This document shows, piece by piece, positions 7,727 to 15,322 of a DNA stretch of 19,025 bases (positions are counted from its first letter, which is position 1; each line of letters opens with the position of its first letter). Origin of the DNA: Chthoniobacteraceae bacterium (GTDB lineage: Bacteria > Verrucomicrobiota > Verrucomicrobiia > Chthoniobacterales > Chthoniobacteraceae); the NCBI GenBank assembly GCA_031409335.1, contig JANNWY010000043.1, forward strand, positions 1 through 19,025, read 5' to 3'. Below the pieces are notes generated by a model, which saw only the letters and a list, made by a program, of their open reading frames with translations, ran no database searches and had not been told where the DNA came from. Both the position numbers and the translations under genes were made by a program.

Positions 7727-9091
7727 TCACACATGCTCGCGTCCGAGATCTTGCTCGCAAGCAGCCGAGTATTTTTTCCGCCCTTTTTTGTCCAGCGCCA
7801 CGCTCAGGCTGAAACGCACGCCATTCACCGGCTCGATCGTGAATCTTTCAAAATCCTTCGTCGCGAGCAGCGGCTTGCGCTCGATCTCGATGACCGTTTC
7901 CGCCTTTCCCGGAATGCGCAGCGGAATGCTCTCGCGCTCGCCGCTTGCGGCGTTTGCGACGAGGAAGACGCCGGTGAGCTTGTCGTCGGCGCGATTTTTC
8001 CCATCGTCCGCGCGGAGCATCGCGAGCGGCAGCGCGAGGAGCGCGGTGAGCACGAAGGTCGCGCCAATGAGCCGGCGCGAGAGCGAGGCTCGATTGCGCG
8101 CGGGGTCGAGGATGCCGTCGATGCGGCCTTCGAGACGCGCCGGGTGCGCCATGGTGAGCGCGGCGGCGGCGAAAGGCGTGGCGTGGAATCCCGTGCTGAC
8201 TTCGAGCAAGTCGGCGGCGTATTCGCTCGCGCGCACGCCGTGGCGGAGCGCGGAATCGTCGCACGCGCGCTCCTGCTCGGCGCAGAGCCGACGCACGGCG
8301 AGCCACGCGAGCGGATTGAACCAATGCAGCGCGAGGGCGAGTTGCGCGATGAGCAGCGCCAGCGGATCGCGGCGGCAGAGATGGGCGAATTCATGGAGCA
8401 GCACGCCGCGCAGGCGGGCCTCGGGCCAGTCTTCGGCGGAAGTGGGCAGGAGCAGGTGCGCGCGGAAGATGCCCCAAACCATCGGCATCGCGTCGGCATC
8501 GCCCAGAAGGACGCGGACGCGGCGGCGCAGCCCGAGTTCGCGGGCGATCCGCGTGATGTATGCGGCGAGGCGGCCTTCGCGGACGACGACGGCCCGGCGT
8601 GAAAGGCGCGCAAGGGCGAAGACGCTCCACAAAAGCGGCCCAAGCAGGAGCGCCGCGCCCGCCGCCCAAATAGCGAGCAGCGAGCTGGCGCCGATGTGGA
8701 AGTTTTGCAGCGCGGGTTTCGCGAAGGATGGGACGGATGGGGCCAATGTGACCGATGGGACGAATGGCGCTGCGACGACTGCGGGAAACCTATAAGTCGC
8801 ATGAGTCCCATTCGTCCCATTGGTCACATTCTGGAAAGGCACCGTCTCCCAGCGCATCCACGCTGGCAGCGCGCGCCAGCCGGGCAGCAGCCCCGCGCCC
8901 ACTGGCAGCACCAGGGCGCAGGCGAGCGCTGCCAGCCACACCAAATGCCGCGCCGACGCCGCCGCGCGACGCATCGCAAAAGTGAACGCGAACGCCACTG
9001 CGAGCAGCACGAATCCCTTCACTGCCGCATCGAGCAGAGCGACACCCGTCGCGTCGGAGCCGACGAGGACAAACGGGAGGCGCGCGTTCAC
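7727..9091 (-). CDS. BlaR1/MecR1-family M56 metallopeptidase (membrane antirepressor), probably prematurely terminated
   Basis: ASARHLVW N-terminal TM motif, PMVWGIFRAHLLLP, zinc motif HEFAH-xx-RRD, LHWFNPLAW, EQERACDD, ASEYAADLL, LEGRIDGILD. Start GTG overlaps the blaI stop (GTGA). Confidence 0.92.
   Translation of the reverse strand: MNARLPFVLVGSDATGVALLDAAVKGFVLLAVAFAFTFAMRRAAASARHLVWLAALACALVLPVGAGLLPGWRALPAWMRWETVPFQNVTNGTNGTHATYRFPAVVAAPFVPSVTLAPSVPSFAKPALQNFHIGASSLLAIWAAGAALLLGPLLWSVFALARLSRRAVVVREGRLAAYITRIARELGLRRRVRVLLGDADAMPMVWGIFRAHLLLPTSAEDWPEARLRGVLLHEFAHLCRRDPLALLIAQLALALHWFNPLAWLAVRRLCAEQERACDDSALRHGVRASEYAADLLEVSTGFHATPFAAAALTMAHPARLEGRIDGILDPARNRASLSRRLIGATFVLTALLALPLAMLRADDGKNRADDKLTGVFLVANAASGERESIPLRIPGKAETVIEIERKPLLATKDFERFTIEPVNGVRFSLSVALDKKGRKKYSAACEQDLGREHV
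8726..8830. repeat. Inverted array of 9-bp units (nnATGGGAC) inside the M56 CDS
   Basis: 8745-8767 AATGTGACCGATGGGACGAATGG matches the reverse complement of 8808-8830 at 22/23 positions. There are about five 9-bp units per side. Confidence 0.8.
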
Positions 9092-9468
9092 CGGCCCTCC
9101 TTTTTCGCCCGGTCGATGAGCGCGCGCATCCGCGCAAGCCGGGCGGGCGTGACGCCTTCCTTTTTCGTCAGATGCGACGCGAGCGCCTCATCGAGCGAGC
9201 CGCCAAAAAAAGTATCGAGGACGCCCTGCAGCGCATTCAGCCCGGCGCGCAACTTCGATTGCACGGGCAGATACACGACTTCGCGACCTTCCTGGCGGCG
9301 GCGGAGATGCCCTTTTTCTTCGAGAATGTGCATCATCCGGCGCACGGCCATGTCGGTGGGCGCGTCAGGGATTTCGGCGCGGACTTGGTTCACGGTCGCT
9401 TCGCCATTGGCAAAGACGACATCCATGATCTGGCGTTCGCGGCGGCTGAAGTGTGGGGGTTTCGCCAT
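9088..9468 (-). CDS. blaI: BlaI/MecI/CopY family transcriptional repressor
   Basis: FSRRERQIMDVV..GEATV..VR..MHILEEKGHL..EGR..VY.P..VLDTFFGGS; 126 aa; translationally coupled to the M56 gene. Confidence 0.93.
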   Translation of the reverse strand: MAKPPHFSRRERQIMDVVFANGEATVNQVRAEIPDAPTDMAVRRMMHILEEKGHLRRRQEGREVVYLPVQSKLRAGLNALQGVLDTFFGGSLDEALASHLTKKEGVTPARLARMRALIDRAKKEGR

Positions 9469-9470
9469 GG

Positions 9471-9529
9471 CATTAAATATTTAGCGGAAGACTGCTTTGA
9501 GGCAAGGCGAATCCGCTACTATTTTAATG
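9471..9529 (-). promoter_or_regulatory. Candidate BlaI operator pair overlapping a sigma70-like promoter
   Basis: 9471-9488 CATTAAATATTTAGCGGA and 9512-9529 TCCGCTACTATTTTAATG are inverted (14/18). Each core resembles the palindrome GCTAAATATTTAGC. Minus strand TTGCCT (9505-9500)-n16-TAAATA lies just upstream of ATG 9468. Confidence 0.6.
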
Positions 9530-9544
9530 GGTACGCCGCGGAAT

Positions 9545-9708
9545 CCGGGTAGCACGCGCGTCCCGCGCGTTGGTCCAGGCGTCCCGCCGGGACGACCTTT
9601 GCGAGCCTGCCATCAGCGATTTCGCTCGCGAATAAGAGAACGAAGCGTTTGGGAAGTTCGCCAAGGCGGGACGCCTTGACCAACGCTCGGGACGAGCGTG
9701 CTACCCGG
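9545..9708. repeat. GTAG-type REPIN/MITE-like element, 44-bp terminal inverted repeats
   Basis: 9545-9588 CCGGGTAGCACGCGCGTCCCGCGCGTTGGTCCAGGCGTCCCGCC pairs with 9665-9708 with 3 mismatches. It sits 11 nt downstream of the trpB stop. Confidence 0.88.
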
Positions 9709-9719
9709 AAAATCCTGCG

Positions 9720-10919
9720 CTACTTCTTCAACAAAAACTCCGCGGCCTGCGCGACGTCCTTGTCCCCGCGACCGCTGAGATTCGCGATGATGATTTCGTC
9801 GGCGCGCATTTTTGGGGCGCGCTTCATCACTCCGGCGATGCCGTGCGCGGATTCGAGGGCAGGGATGATTCCTTCCCAGCGCGAGAGTTTGCTGAAGGCG
9901 TCGAGCGCCTCGTCGTCGGTGGCAAAGTCGTAGTCGATGCGGCCCTGCTCTTTCAGGAAAGCGTGCTCGGGGCCGACGGCGGCGTAGTCGAGGCCGGCGC
10001 TCACCGAATGCGTGAGCTGGATTTGGCCGTCGTTGTCGGCGAGCAGCCAGGTTTTGGTGCCCTGTAAAACGCCGAGTTTTCCGCCTTGGAAACGCGCGGC
10101 GTGTTCGCCGTCACGGATGCCGTGGCCGCCGGCTTCGATGCCGAGCATTTTCACGGACTCATCCTGCAGGAACGGCCAGAAGAGACCGATCGCATTCGAG
10201 CCGCCGCCGACGCACGCGACGAGCAGATCGGGCAGGCGATTTTCCTTTTCCAAAATCTGCCGCCGCGCCTCGTCGCCGATCACACGGTGAAAATCGCGGA
10301 CGATCATCGGGAACGGGTGCGAGCCGAGCGCGGAGCCGAGGATGTAATGGGTGTGGCGCACGCTGGCGACCCAGTCGCGCATGGCTTCGTTCACGGCCTC
10401 TTTCAAAGTGCGCTGGCCAGCGGTGACGGCGACCACTTTTGCGCCGAGGAAATTCATCCGCGCGACGTTCAACGCCTGCCGCGCCATATCGACTTCGCCC
10501 ATGTAAATGACGCACTCCATCCCGAACCGCGCGCAGACCGTGGCGGTCGCCACGCCATGCTGGCCCGCGCCGGTTTCCGCGATGATCCGCTTTTTGCCCA
10601 TACGCCGTGCGAGCAGGATTTGACCGAGCGCGTTGTTGATTTTGTGCGCACCGGTGTGGAGCAAATCTTCGCGCTTCAAATAAATCTTAGCCCCGCCTAA
10701 CTTTTCCGTGAGGCGCTCGGCGAAGTAGAGCGGTGTGGGGCGTCCGCAGTAGTTGTGCAGCAGGTCCGCGAGCTCGGCGTGAAAGGCGGGATCGACTTTG
10801 GCGCGCTCGTATTCTTCCGCGAGTTCGAGCAGCGCGGTCATCAGCGTCTCGGGCACGAACATGCCGCCAAACTGGCCGAAATGGCCGTGGCGGTCGGGGA
10901 GCGATTGCAGGTCGATCAT
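9720..10919 (-). CDS. trpB: Tryptophan synthase beta chain (TrpB1)
   Basis: [30 protein letters not shown] (PLP lysine), [44 protein letters not shown]. Confidence 0.98.
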   Translation of the reverse strand: MIDLQSLPDRHGHFGQFGGMFVPETLMTALLELAEEYERAKVDPAFHAELADLLHNYCGRPTPLYFAERLTEKLGGAKIYLKREDLLHTGAHKINNALGQILLARRMGKKRIIAETGAGQHGVATATVCARFGMECVIYMGEVDMARQALNVARMNFLGAKVVAVTAGQRTLKEAVNEAMRDWVASVRHTHYILGSALGSHPFPMIVRDFHRVIGDEARRQILEKENRLPDLLVACVGGGSNAIGLFWPFLQDESVKMLGIEAGGHGIRDGEHAARFQGGKLGVLQGTKTWLLADNDGQIQLTHSVSAGLDYAAVGPEHAFLKEQGRIDYDFATDDEALDAFSKLSRWEGIIPALESAHGIAGVMKRAPKMRADEIIIANLSGRGDKDVAQAAEFLLKK

Positions 10920-10928
10920 AGGGCGGCG

Positions 10929-10957
10929 AAATTAGGGGCGGGCTCCCGGATCTGCAA
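10929..10957 (-). promoter_or_regulatory. Putative sigma70 promoter of trpB (near-leaderless)
   Basis: Minus strand TTGCAG (10957-10952)-17 nt-TAATTT (10934-10929), 9 nt before ATG 10919; no SD. Confidence 0.5.
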
Positions 10958-10966
10958 AGAGTTTCA

Positions 10967-11009
10967 ACAAAAAGCCCCGCGCATGCGGTGATGCACGCGC
11001 GGGGCTCTT
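10967..11009 (-). terminator. Rho-independent terminator of the CHRD/PEP-CTERM gene
   Basis: Minus strand AGCCCCGCGCGTGC-ATCACC-GCATGCGCGGGGCT followed by TTTTGTT, about 25 nt after the stop at 11035. Confidence 0.85.
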
Positions 11010-11034
11010 GGATGGATTCTTCAGTCAGCGCGGA

Positions 11035-11619
11035 TCAGGCGCGACGGCGGCGCAGCAGGGTCAGCGCACCGAGAGCCGCCAGTCCGAGCGACGCAGGCTC
11101 GGGCACCGGGGCGGGGACGAGGAAGCCGCGAATCTCGCCGCTGCCAACGGCTGATGTGTGGACGTTGACATAAAACTTCCCGTCGAAAAGGTCGGTTTCC
11201 TGAGCGGGGGTAAAGGTGATCGTGTTGTTCACGATAGTCCCGGTGCTGGGGCTGTTGGAGGTGCGCGTCAAAGCGAAGCCGGCCGGGATGCCCGCGGTCT
11301 GCTTGAAGTTCCCGGTTCCATCGTTGCCGAAACTACCCAAAGTCGGGCCGTGGACGTGCTGGTTGGTTACACTTCCGGCGAGGTCGGTGAAGCCATTTCC
11401 CGAACCCCATCCCACGTTCACGGTGAGGAGATTGGCCACGTCGTCATAGAAAATCCCACCAAGGATTTCCCCGCCGGTTCCGCCGGAGAGAACGCCGGGT
11501 TCATTTCCAAAAAGCAATCCGGATCCCGCGGTGCCGACGAGATCGAAATCAATGATCGCCGAGTGTGCGGATGCGACCGCAGCGAAGGCTGCAAGTGAGG
11601 ATGAGAGGAGTTTGTTCAT
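11035..11619 (-). CDS. CHRD-domain PEP-CTERM protein
   Basis: Signal peptide; CHRD motifs NEP..GTG, HVHGP, LFDGKFYVNVHT..GEIRGFL; C-terminal VPEPASLGLAALGALTLLRRRRA. Confidence 0.93.
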   Translation of the reverse strand: MNKLLSSSLAAFAAVASAHSAIIDFDLVGTAGSGLLFGNEPGVLSGGTGGEILGGIFYDDVANLLTVNVGWGSGNGFTDLAGSVTNQHVHGPTLGSFGNDGTGNFKQTAGIPAGFALTRTSNSPSTGTIVNNTITFTPAQETDLFDGKFYVNVHTSAVGSGEIRGFLVPAPVPEPASLGLAALGALTLLRRRRA

Positions 11620-11716
11620 TTGAATATTGGAGTGAGATGCAGGTTTTTATTTGGAACTTTACGCGATGAGTGATCTATCAAAACCGGGTGTCTTTGGTCA
11701 ATTGTCGAGTGTGCTT

Positions 11717-11742
11717 GTTTTGTATCAGACCTGATACAAAAC
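11717..11742. promoter_or_regulatory. Perfect 26-bp palindrome, candidate transcription-factor site
   Basis: GTTTTGTATCAG-AC-CTGATACAAAAC: 12-bp perfect arms, 2-nt spacer, intergenic between the mutY stop and the CHRD start. Confidence 0.55.
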
Positions 11743-11756
11743 CGGCGGATTGTGGC

Positions 11757-12752
11757 CTACGGACGATCACGCCGAAGCACGCCTTCGATGGCGCGCCGAT
11801 GCGGGGCGGCTAGGGCGACGTCGGCGAGTTCGGCGAGGAGAAACCACTGCTGGGTTCCTTCCAGTCGGCGGGGTGCGGGGAAGCCGAAAACTGACAGCGA
11901 AACGCGATGATGGGTGAAGGGATAGGTGAGGAAGGTGAGGGGCTCCGGGATTGCCGATTGATCCGGGAGCGCGGGCAATTTCCACAGTCCGCGCCAGCGC
12001 GGGCCGGTTTGTTGTTCGAGGAGAATGTGGCGTCCTTTCGTGATCCACGCGCAGTCTTCGCGCATGGCGATCGTTTTGGTGCGCGCTTTTTTGATGGGGA
12101 GAAGTTCGGGGTCGGCGGCGCGGCATTGCTCGCGGACGGGGCAGAGCAGGCATTGCGGTTTGTCGGGTTTGCAGATGAGCGCGCCGAGTTCCATCAGCGC
12201 GCTGGTGTGGAGGCGTCCGCCTTTTTCGGGGAGCAAATCGGTGGCTGCTTTCCAAAGTGTGTCCGCGCCGCGTTTGCCGTCGATCGGTTCGTGGAGATCG
12301 AGCATTCGCGCGAGGACGCGGGCGATGTTCGCGTCGATGGCGGCGACAGGCAGATCGAAGGCGAAACTCGCGATCGCGCCGACGGTGTAGCGTCCGACGC
12401 CGGGGAGTTTGGCGATGGCTTCCGGATTCGGTGGAAGGGTGCCGCGATGTTCGGCGACGATTTGCTTCGCGGCGGCGTGGAGATTTCGCGCTCGCGCGTA
12501 ATAGCCGAGGCCCTGCCAGACGCCGAGCACTTCGGCCTCGGTCGCGGCGGCGAGCGTGGTGAAATCCGGGAAACGCGCGAGCCACTTTTCGTAAAACGGA
12601 ATCGCGGTCGCGACCTGCGTTTGCTGGAGCATGAACTCCGAAACCATGATGGCATAAGGATCGCGCGTCTTCCGCCACGGCAGATCGCGCCCGTGCTGGG
12701 CGAACCATTCGGCGAGGCGGGCGCGGACTTGCGCGGGATTTTTGATTTTCAA
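11757..12752 (-). CDS. mutY: A/G-specific adenine glycosylase
   Basis: RDLPWR..DPY..VSEFMLQQTQV, WQGLGYYARARNL, HhH LPGVGRYT, catalytic D in AAIDANIARV, 4Fe-4S motif C-x6-C-x2-C-x5-C (CKPDKPQCLLCPVREQC), C-terminal GLWKLP..FTH. Start is TTG 12752 or 12764. Confidence 0.96.
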   Translation of the reverse strand: MKIKNPAQVRARLAEWFAQHGRDLPWRKTRDPYAIMVSEFMLQQTQVATAIPFYEKWLARFPDFTTLAAATEAEVLGVWQGLGYYARARNLHAAAKQIVAEHRGTLPPNPEAIAKLPGVGRYTVGAIASFAFDLPVAAIDANIARVLARMLDLHEPIDGKRGADTLWKAATDLLPEKGGRLHTSALMELGALICKPDKPQCLLCPVREQCRAADPELLPIKKARTKTIAMREDCAWITKGRHILLEQQTGPRWRGLWKLPALPDQSAIPEPLTFLTYPFTHHRVSLSVFGFPAPRRLEGTQQWFLLAELADVALAAPHRRAIEGVLRRDRP

Positions 12753-12788
12753 ATCGCGATGCAAGCGCGCACTTTCGGCGTCACCCGC

Positions 12789-13760
12789 ATGGCCGCAAAC
12801 GAAAAACCGCTGACGCTCTTCACTTCACCGCTCACGCCCGAACAGGCGGCGAAACTGCGCACGATCCTGGAGGCCGACGATTACAAGTTCGAGCCGAAGC
12901 CTTACACGCTCTACTACGCGGTGAAGGACAAGCTGAACGTGGCGGTTTATGAGAAGGGGCCGAAGGTGGTTTTGCAGGGGAAGGGGACGGGCGATTTTGT
13001 GACTTTCCGGTTGGAGCCGGAGGTGCTCGGCGCGGCGATCACGGGCTACGAAGAGGTGAATAATCCCGAGATGTTCGCGCCACATTTCGGCGTGGACGAA
13101 AGCGGGAAGGGCGACTTCTTCGGGCCGCTGGTGATCGCGGGTTGCTATACCGATCGCGGCATCGCGCGGACGCTGATGGATGCGGGCGTGACGGACAGCA
13201 AGCGCATCGGTTCGGACCGCCGCATTCGCGAACTGGCGGAAGTGATCCGCCGCACGCAGGGCGCGGTACATAGCGTGATCGCGATCGGACCGGAGCGTTA
13301 CAACGAGATGTACGGGAAGTTCAAAAACTTGAATCGGCTGCTCGCGTGGGGCCACGCGCGGATCATCGAAAACCTGCTGGAGCTGCGCGCCGATTGTCCG
13401 CGCGCGCTCAGCGATCAGTTTGCAAATCCGTCGCTGATCCAGCGGGCGCTTTTGGAAAAGGGTCGCGGCATCGTGCTGGAGCAGCGGACGAAGGCGGAGA
13501 GCGATGTGGCGGTGGCGGCGGCTTCGATTTTGGCGCGCGAAAAATTCATCGACTGGCTGCATAAGACGGGCGGGCAATTTCAACTGGAGCTGCCGCGCGG
13601 CGCATCGGCGCAGGTGAAGACGGCAGCGCGGGCGCTCGTCGCGCAGCATGGGCCGGACGTGCTGCTGCGCGTGGCGAAGACGCATTTCAAAACCGCCTCC
13701 GAGATCGATCCCGTCCGGTATCCGCTCGTGGAGAAGCCGGCCTTTGTGCGCAGGAAATAA
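12789..13760 (+). CDS. rnhC: Ribonuclease HIII
   Basis: N-terminal TBP-like domain (VAVYEKGPKVVLQGKG), GVDESGKGDFFGPL, GVTDSK, DQF, KAESDVAVAAASILAR, AKTHFKT. Likely start is ATG 12789 rather than the ORF start at 11907. Confidence 0.95.
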   Translation: MAANEKPLTLFTSPLTPEQAAKLRTILEADDYKFEPKPYTLYYAVKDKLNVAVYEKGPKVVLQGKGTGDFVTFRLEPEVLGAAITGYEEVNNPEMFAPHFGVDESGKGDFFGPLVIAGCYTDRGIARTLMDAGVTDSKRIGSDRRIRELAEVIRRTQGAVHSVIAIGPERYNEMYGKFKNLNRLLAWGHARIIENLLELRADCPRALSDQFANPSLIQRALLEKGRGIVLEQRTKAESDVAVAAASILAREKFIDWLHKTGGQFQLELPRGASAQVKTAARALVAQHGPDVLLRVAKTHFKTASEIDPVRYPLVEKPAFVRRK

Positions 13761-13762
13761 AA

Positions 13763-14326
13763 GTGAGCGGCGGCGCACGGTCGGTTGTCAGAGGCCATCG
13801 CCTCGCGTTCACTCCAATCCGTTTGCATCTTCCACGATCCAGAAAAGCCGCCGCCAAGTCACGCCGTGACGGCTTCACTCTGCTCGAAATCTGCCTGGTC
13901 ATCATGATCATGCTGCTGCTCGTCGGGCTTGCGGTGCCGAGCATCCGCGGGCTGTTTGCCGAGCAGCGGCTGAAGCAATCCTTCGAGAAATTCGATGATT
14001 TCGTGCGGCGCACGCAATTGCGCGCGGTGACGGAGCGCCGGGCGATGGTGATGATCTGGGACGGCGAAGGCATCACCGTGCAGCCGGACGAGCCGACGGA
14101 AGCGGACTCGGCGGCGGAGGCCGACTATTTTGCTTTCGCGGAGGGAACCTTTGCGCTGGAGCGTCCGGCGGCGCTGGAGAAAAAGCCGCCCGTCGAGTGG
14201 CTCTTCTGGCGCAGCGGCACGTGCGAGCCGGTGGTGATTCATTTTCAGGGAGACGGCGGCACGTGGTCAGTGCAATACGATCCGCTCACGGTGCGCGCGG
14301 CGTTTTTGGAGCAGGACATTCAATGA
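13763..14326 (+). CDS. Type II secretion minor pseudopilin, GspH-like
   Basis: Prepilin motif RRDG|FTLLEICLVIMIMLLLVGLAVP and a C-terminal F..SGTCEP motif. The start is uncertain (37-aa leader if GTG 13763). Confidence 0.85.
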   Translation: MSGGARSVVRGHRLAFTPIRLHLPRSRKAAAKSRRDGFTLLEICLVIMIMLLLVGLAVPSIRGLFAEQRLKQSFEKFDDFVRRTQLRAVTERRAMVMIWDGEGITVQPDEPTEADSAAEADYFAFAEGTFALERPAALEKKPPVEWLFWRSGTCEPVVIHFQGDGGTWSVQYDPLTVRAAFLEQDIQ

Positions 14327-14727
14327 GACGGCCATCGTTCCAGCGCGGGTTCGTGTTGTTCGAGGCGATGATCGCCGTGCTCATTTTTTCCATCGGCGTC
14401 CTCGCGCTCGGGCGCTGCGTGGACAATTGCATCACGGCGGGCCAGGTGAAGGTGGAGGATGAGCGGGCGCGGCGTTTTCTCGCGAATCGGATGGCGGAGA
14501 TCGAGCAGGGCGCGGTGGTCGCGCAGGACAAGGCGAAGGAAGAGTTGAAGGGCGAATTCGAAGGCATGTTGCTGCGGACGACGCGCGTGCCTTTGAAAAA
14601 GAAGAACGAGGACAACAAGGAGCTGTTCGGCCTGGCCTCGATCACGCTCGAACTTTTGTGGAAGACGGACGGCAACGAACGTTCGAGGGAACTCACTTTT
14701 TATGTGTATCCGCGGCAGCAGCAATAG
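14323..14727 (+). CDS. Type II secretion minor pseudopilin, GspI-like
   Basis: MRRPSFQRG|FVLFEAMIAVLIFSIG; ATGA overlap with the previous stop; LANRMAE motif. Confidence 0.85.
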   Translation: MRRPSFQRGFVLFEAMIAVLIFSIGVLALGRCVDNCITAGQVKVEDERARRFLANRMAEIEQGAVVAQDKAKEELKGEFEGMLLRTTRVPLKKKNEDNKELFGLASITLELLWKTDGNERSRELTFYVYPRQQQ

Positions 14728-15322
14728 GCGCGCATTCACGCTGCTCGAGGTGATGATCGGCACGTTCATCATCGGGCTGATCACGATCAGCGTTTACCGA
14801 TTCGTGGCCTCGACCACGACCGCGATTCGCGTCATCAGCGAAAACAACGCCGACCGGCAGGCGCTCGTGGCGCTGGTGAAAGTGGTCGAGGCGGAGCTGC
14901 ACGATCTGCCGCCGAAAATGAACGGCGTGATCCAGGGCATCCCGCACAAATTCGACAATCTCCAGGCCGACGAGATGCAGTGGTATTGCCGGGGCGGGAA
15001 TGGGCTGTTCACGAAAGCGGCGGAGGGCGAATGGTACACGACGCTGACGATCCAGCGCGACAAGGCGACGCGCGAACTCGAGATCGGCCTGCGGCGCCGC
15101 CCGATCGAGGCGAAGCCGACGGAATACCAGTGGTGGCCGCTGCTGCGGCGGGTCAGTGCGCTCGAGGTGAAATATTGGGACAAACGGCTGAACAGTTGGA
15201 TCGACAAATGGATCCCGCAGGACGCGCGGCCCACGCTGGTGCGCATCCGCATCTGGCGCGAGGCGGACGAGCCGCCGTATGAATCCGTGATCGCGATTCC
15301 ATCCGCGAATTTGCAGCAATGA
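14702..15322 (+). CDS. Type II secretion minor pseudopilin, GspJ-like
   Basis: NRRA|FTLLEVMIG; C-terminal V..LEVKYWD..W.D.W..RP.LVRI motif typical of GspJ. Confidence 0.87.
   Translation: MCIRGSSNRRAFTLLEVMIGTFIIGLITISVYRFVASTTTAIRVISENNADRQALVALVKVVEAELHDLPPKMNGVIQGIPHKFDNLQADEMQWYCRGGNGLFTKAAEGEWYTTLTIQRDKATRELEIGLRRRPIEAKPTEYQWWPLLRRVSALEVKYWDKRLNSWIDKWIPQDARPTLVRIRIWREADEPPYESVIAIPSANLQQ

Noticed and set aside
7690..7729. Selenocysteine or genetic-code 4/25 explanation for the internal TGA
   Set aside because: No convincing SECIS hairpin, the position corresponds to a hydrophobic strand residue rather than Cys, and TGA terminates several other genes at their expected ends.
5439..8795. 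Long plus-strand ORFs (5439-6890, 7256-8602, 7704-8795)
   Set aside because: Arg/Ala-rich antisense frames of well-supported minus-strand genes, as expected in high-GC DNA; no recognisable motifs.
8726..8830. CRISPR array or tRNA/rRNA interpretation of this and the other repeats
   Set aside because: The repeats are inverted or short tandem units without unique spacers; no cas genes; no cloverleaf or rRNA signatures seen in the window.
11945..11962. GATTGCCGATTG short tandem in the mutY C-terminal region as another in-frame repeat relic
   Set aside because: Fewer than two full units; indistinguishable from chance.
11907..12788. 294-aa N-terminal extension of the rnhC ORF (617 aa in the ORF track)
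   Set aside because: It is the antisense shadow of mutY; RNase HIII similarity begins only at ATG 12789.
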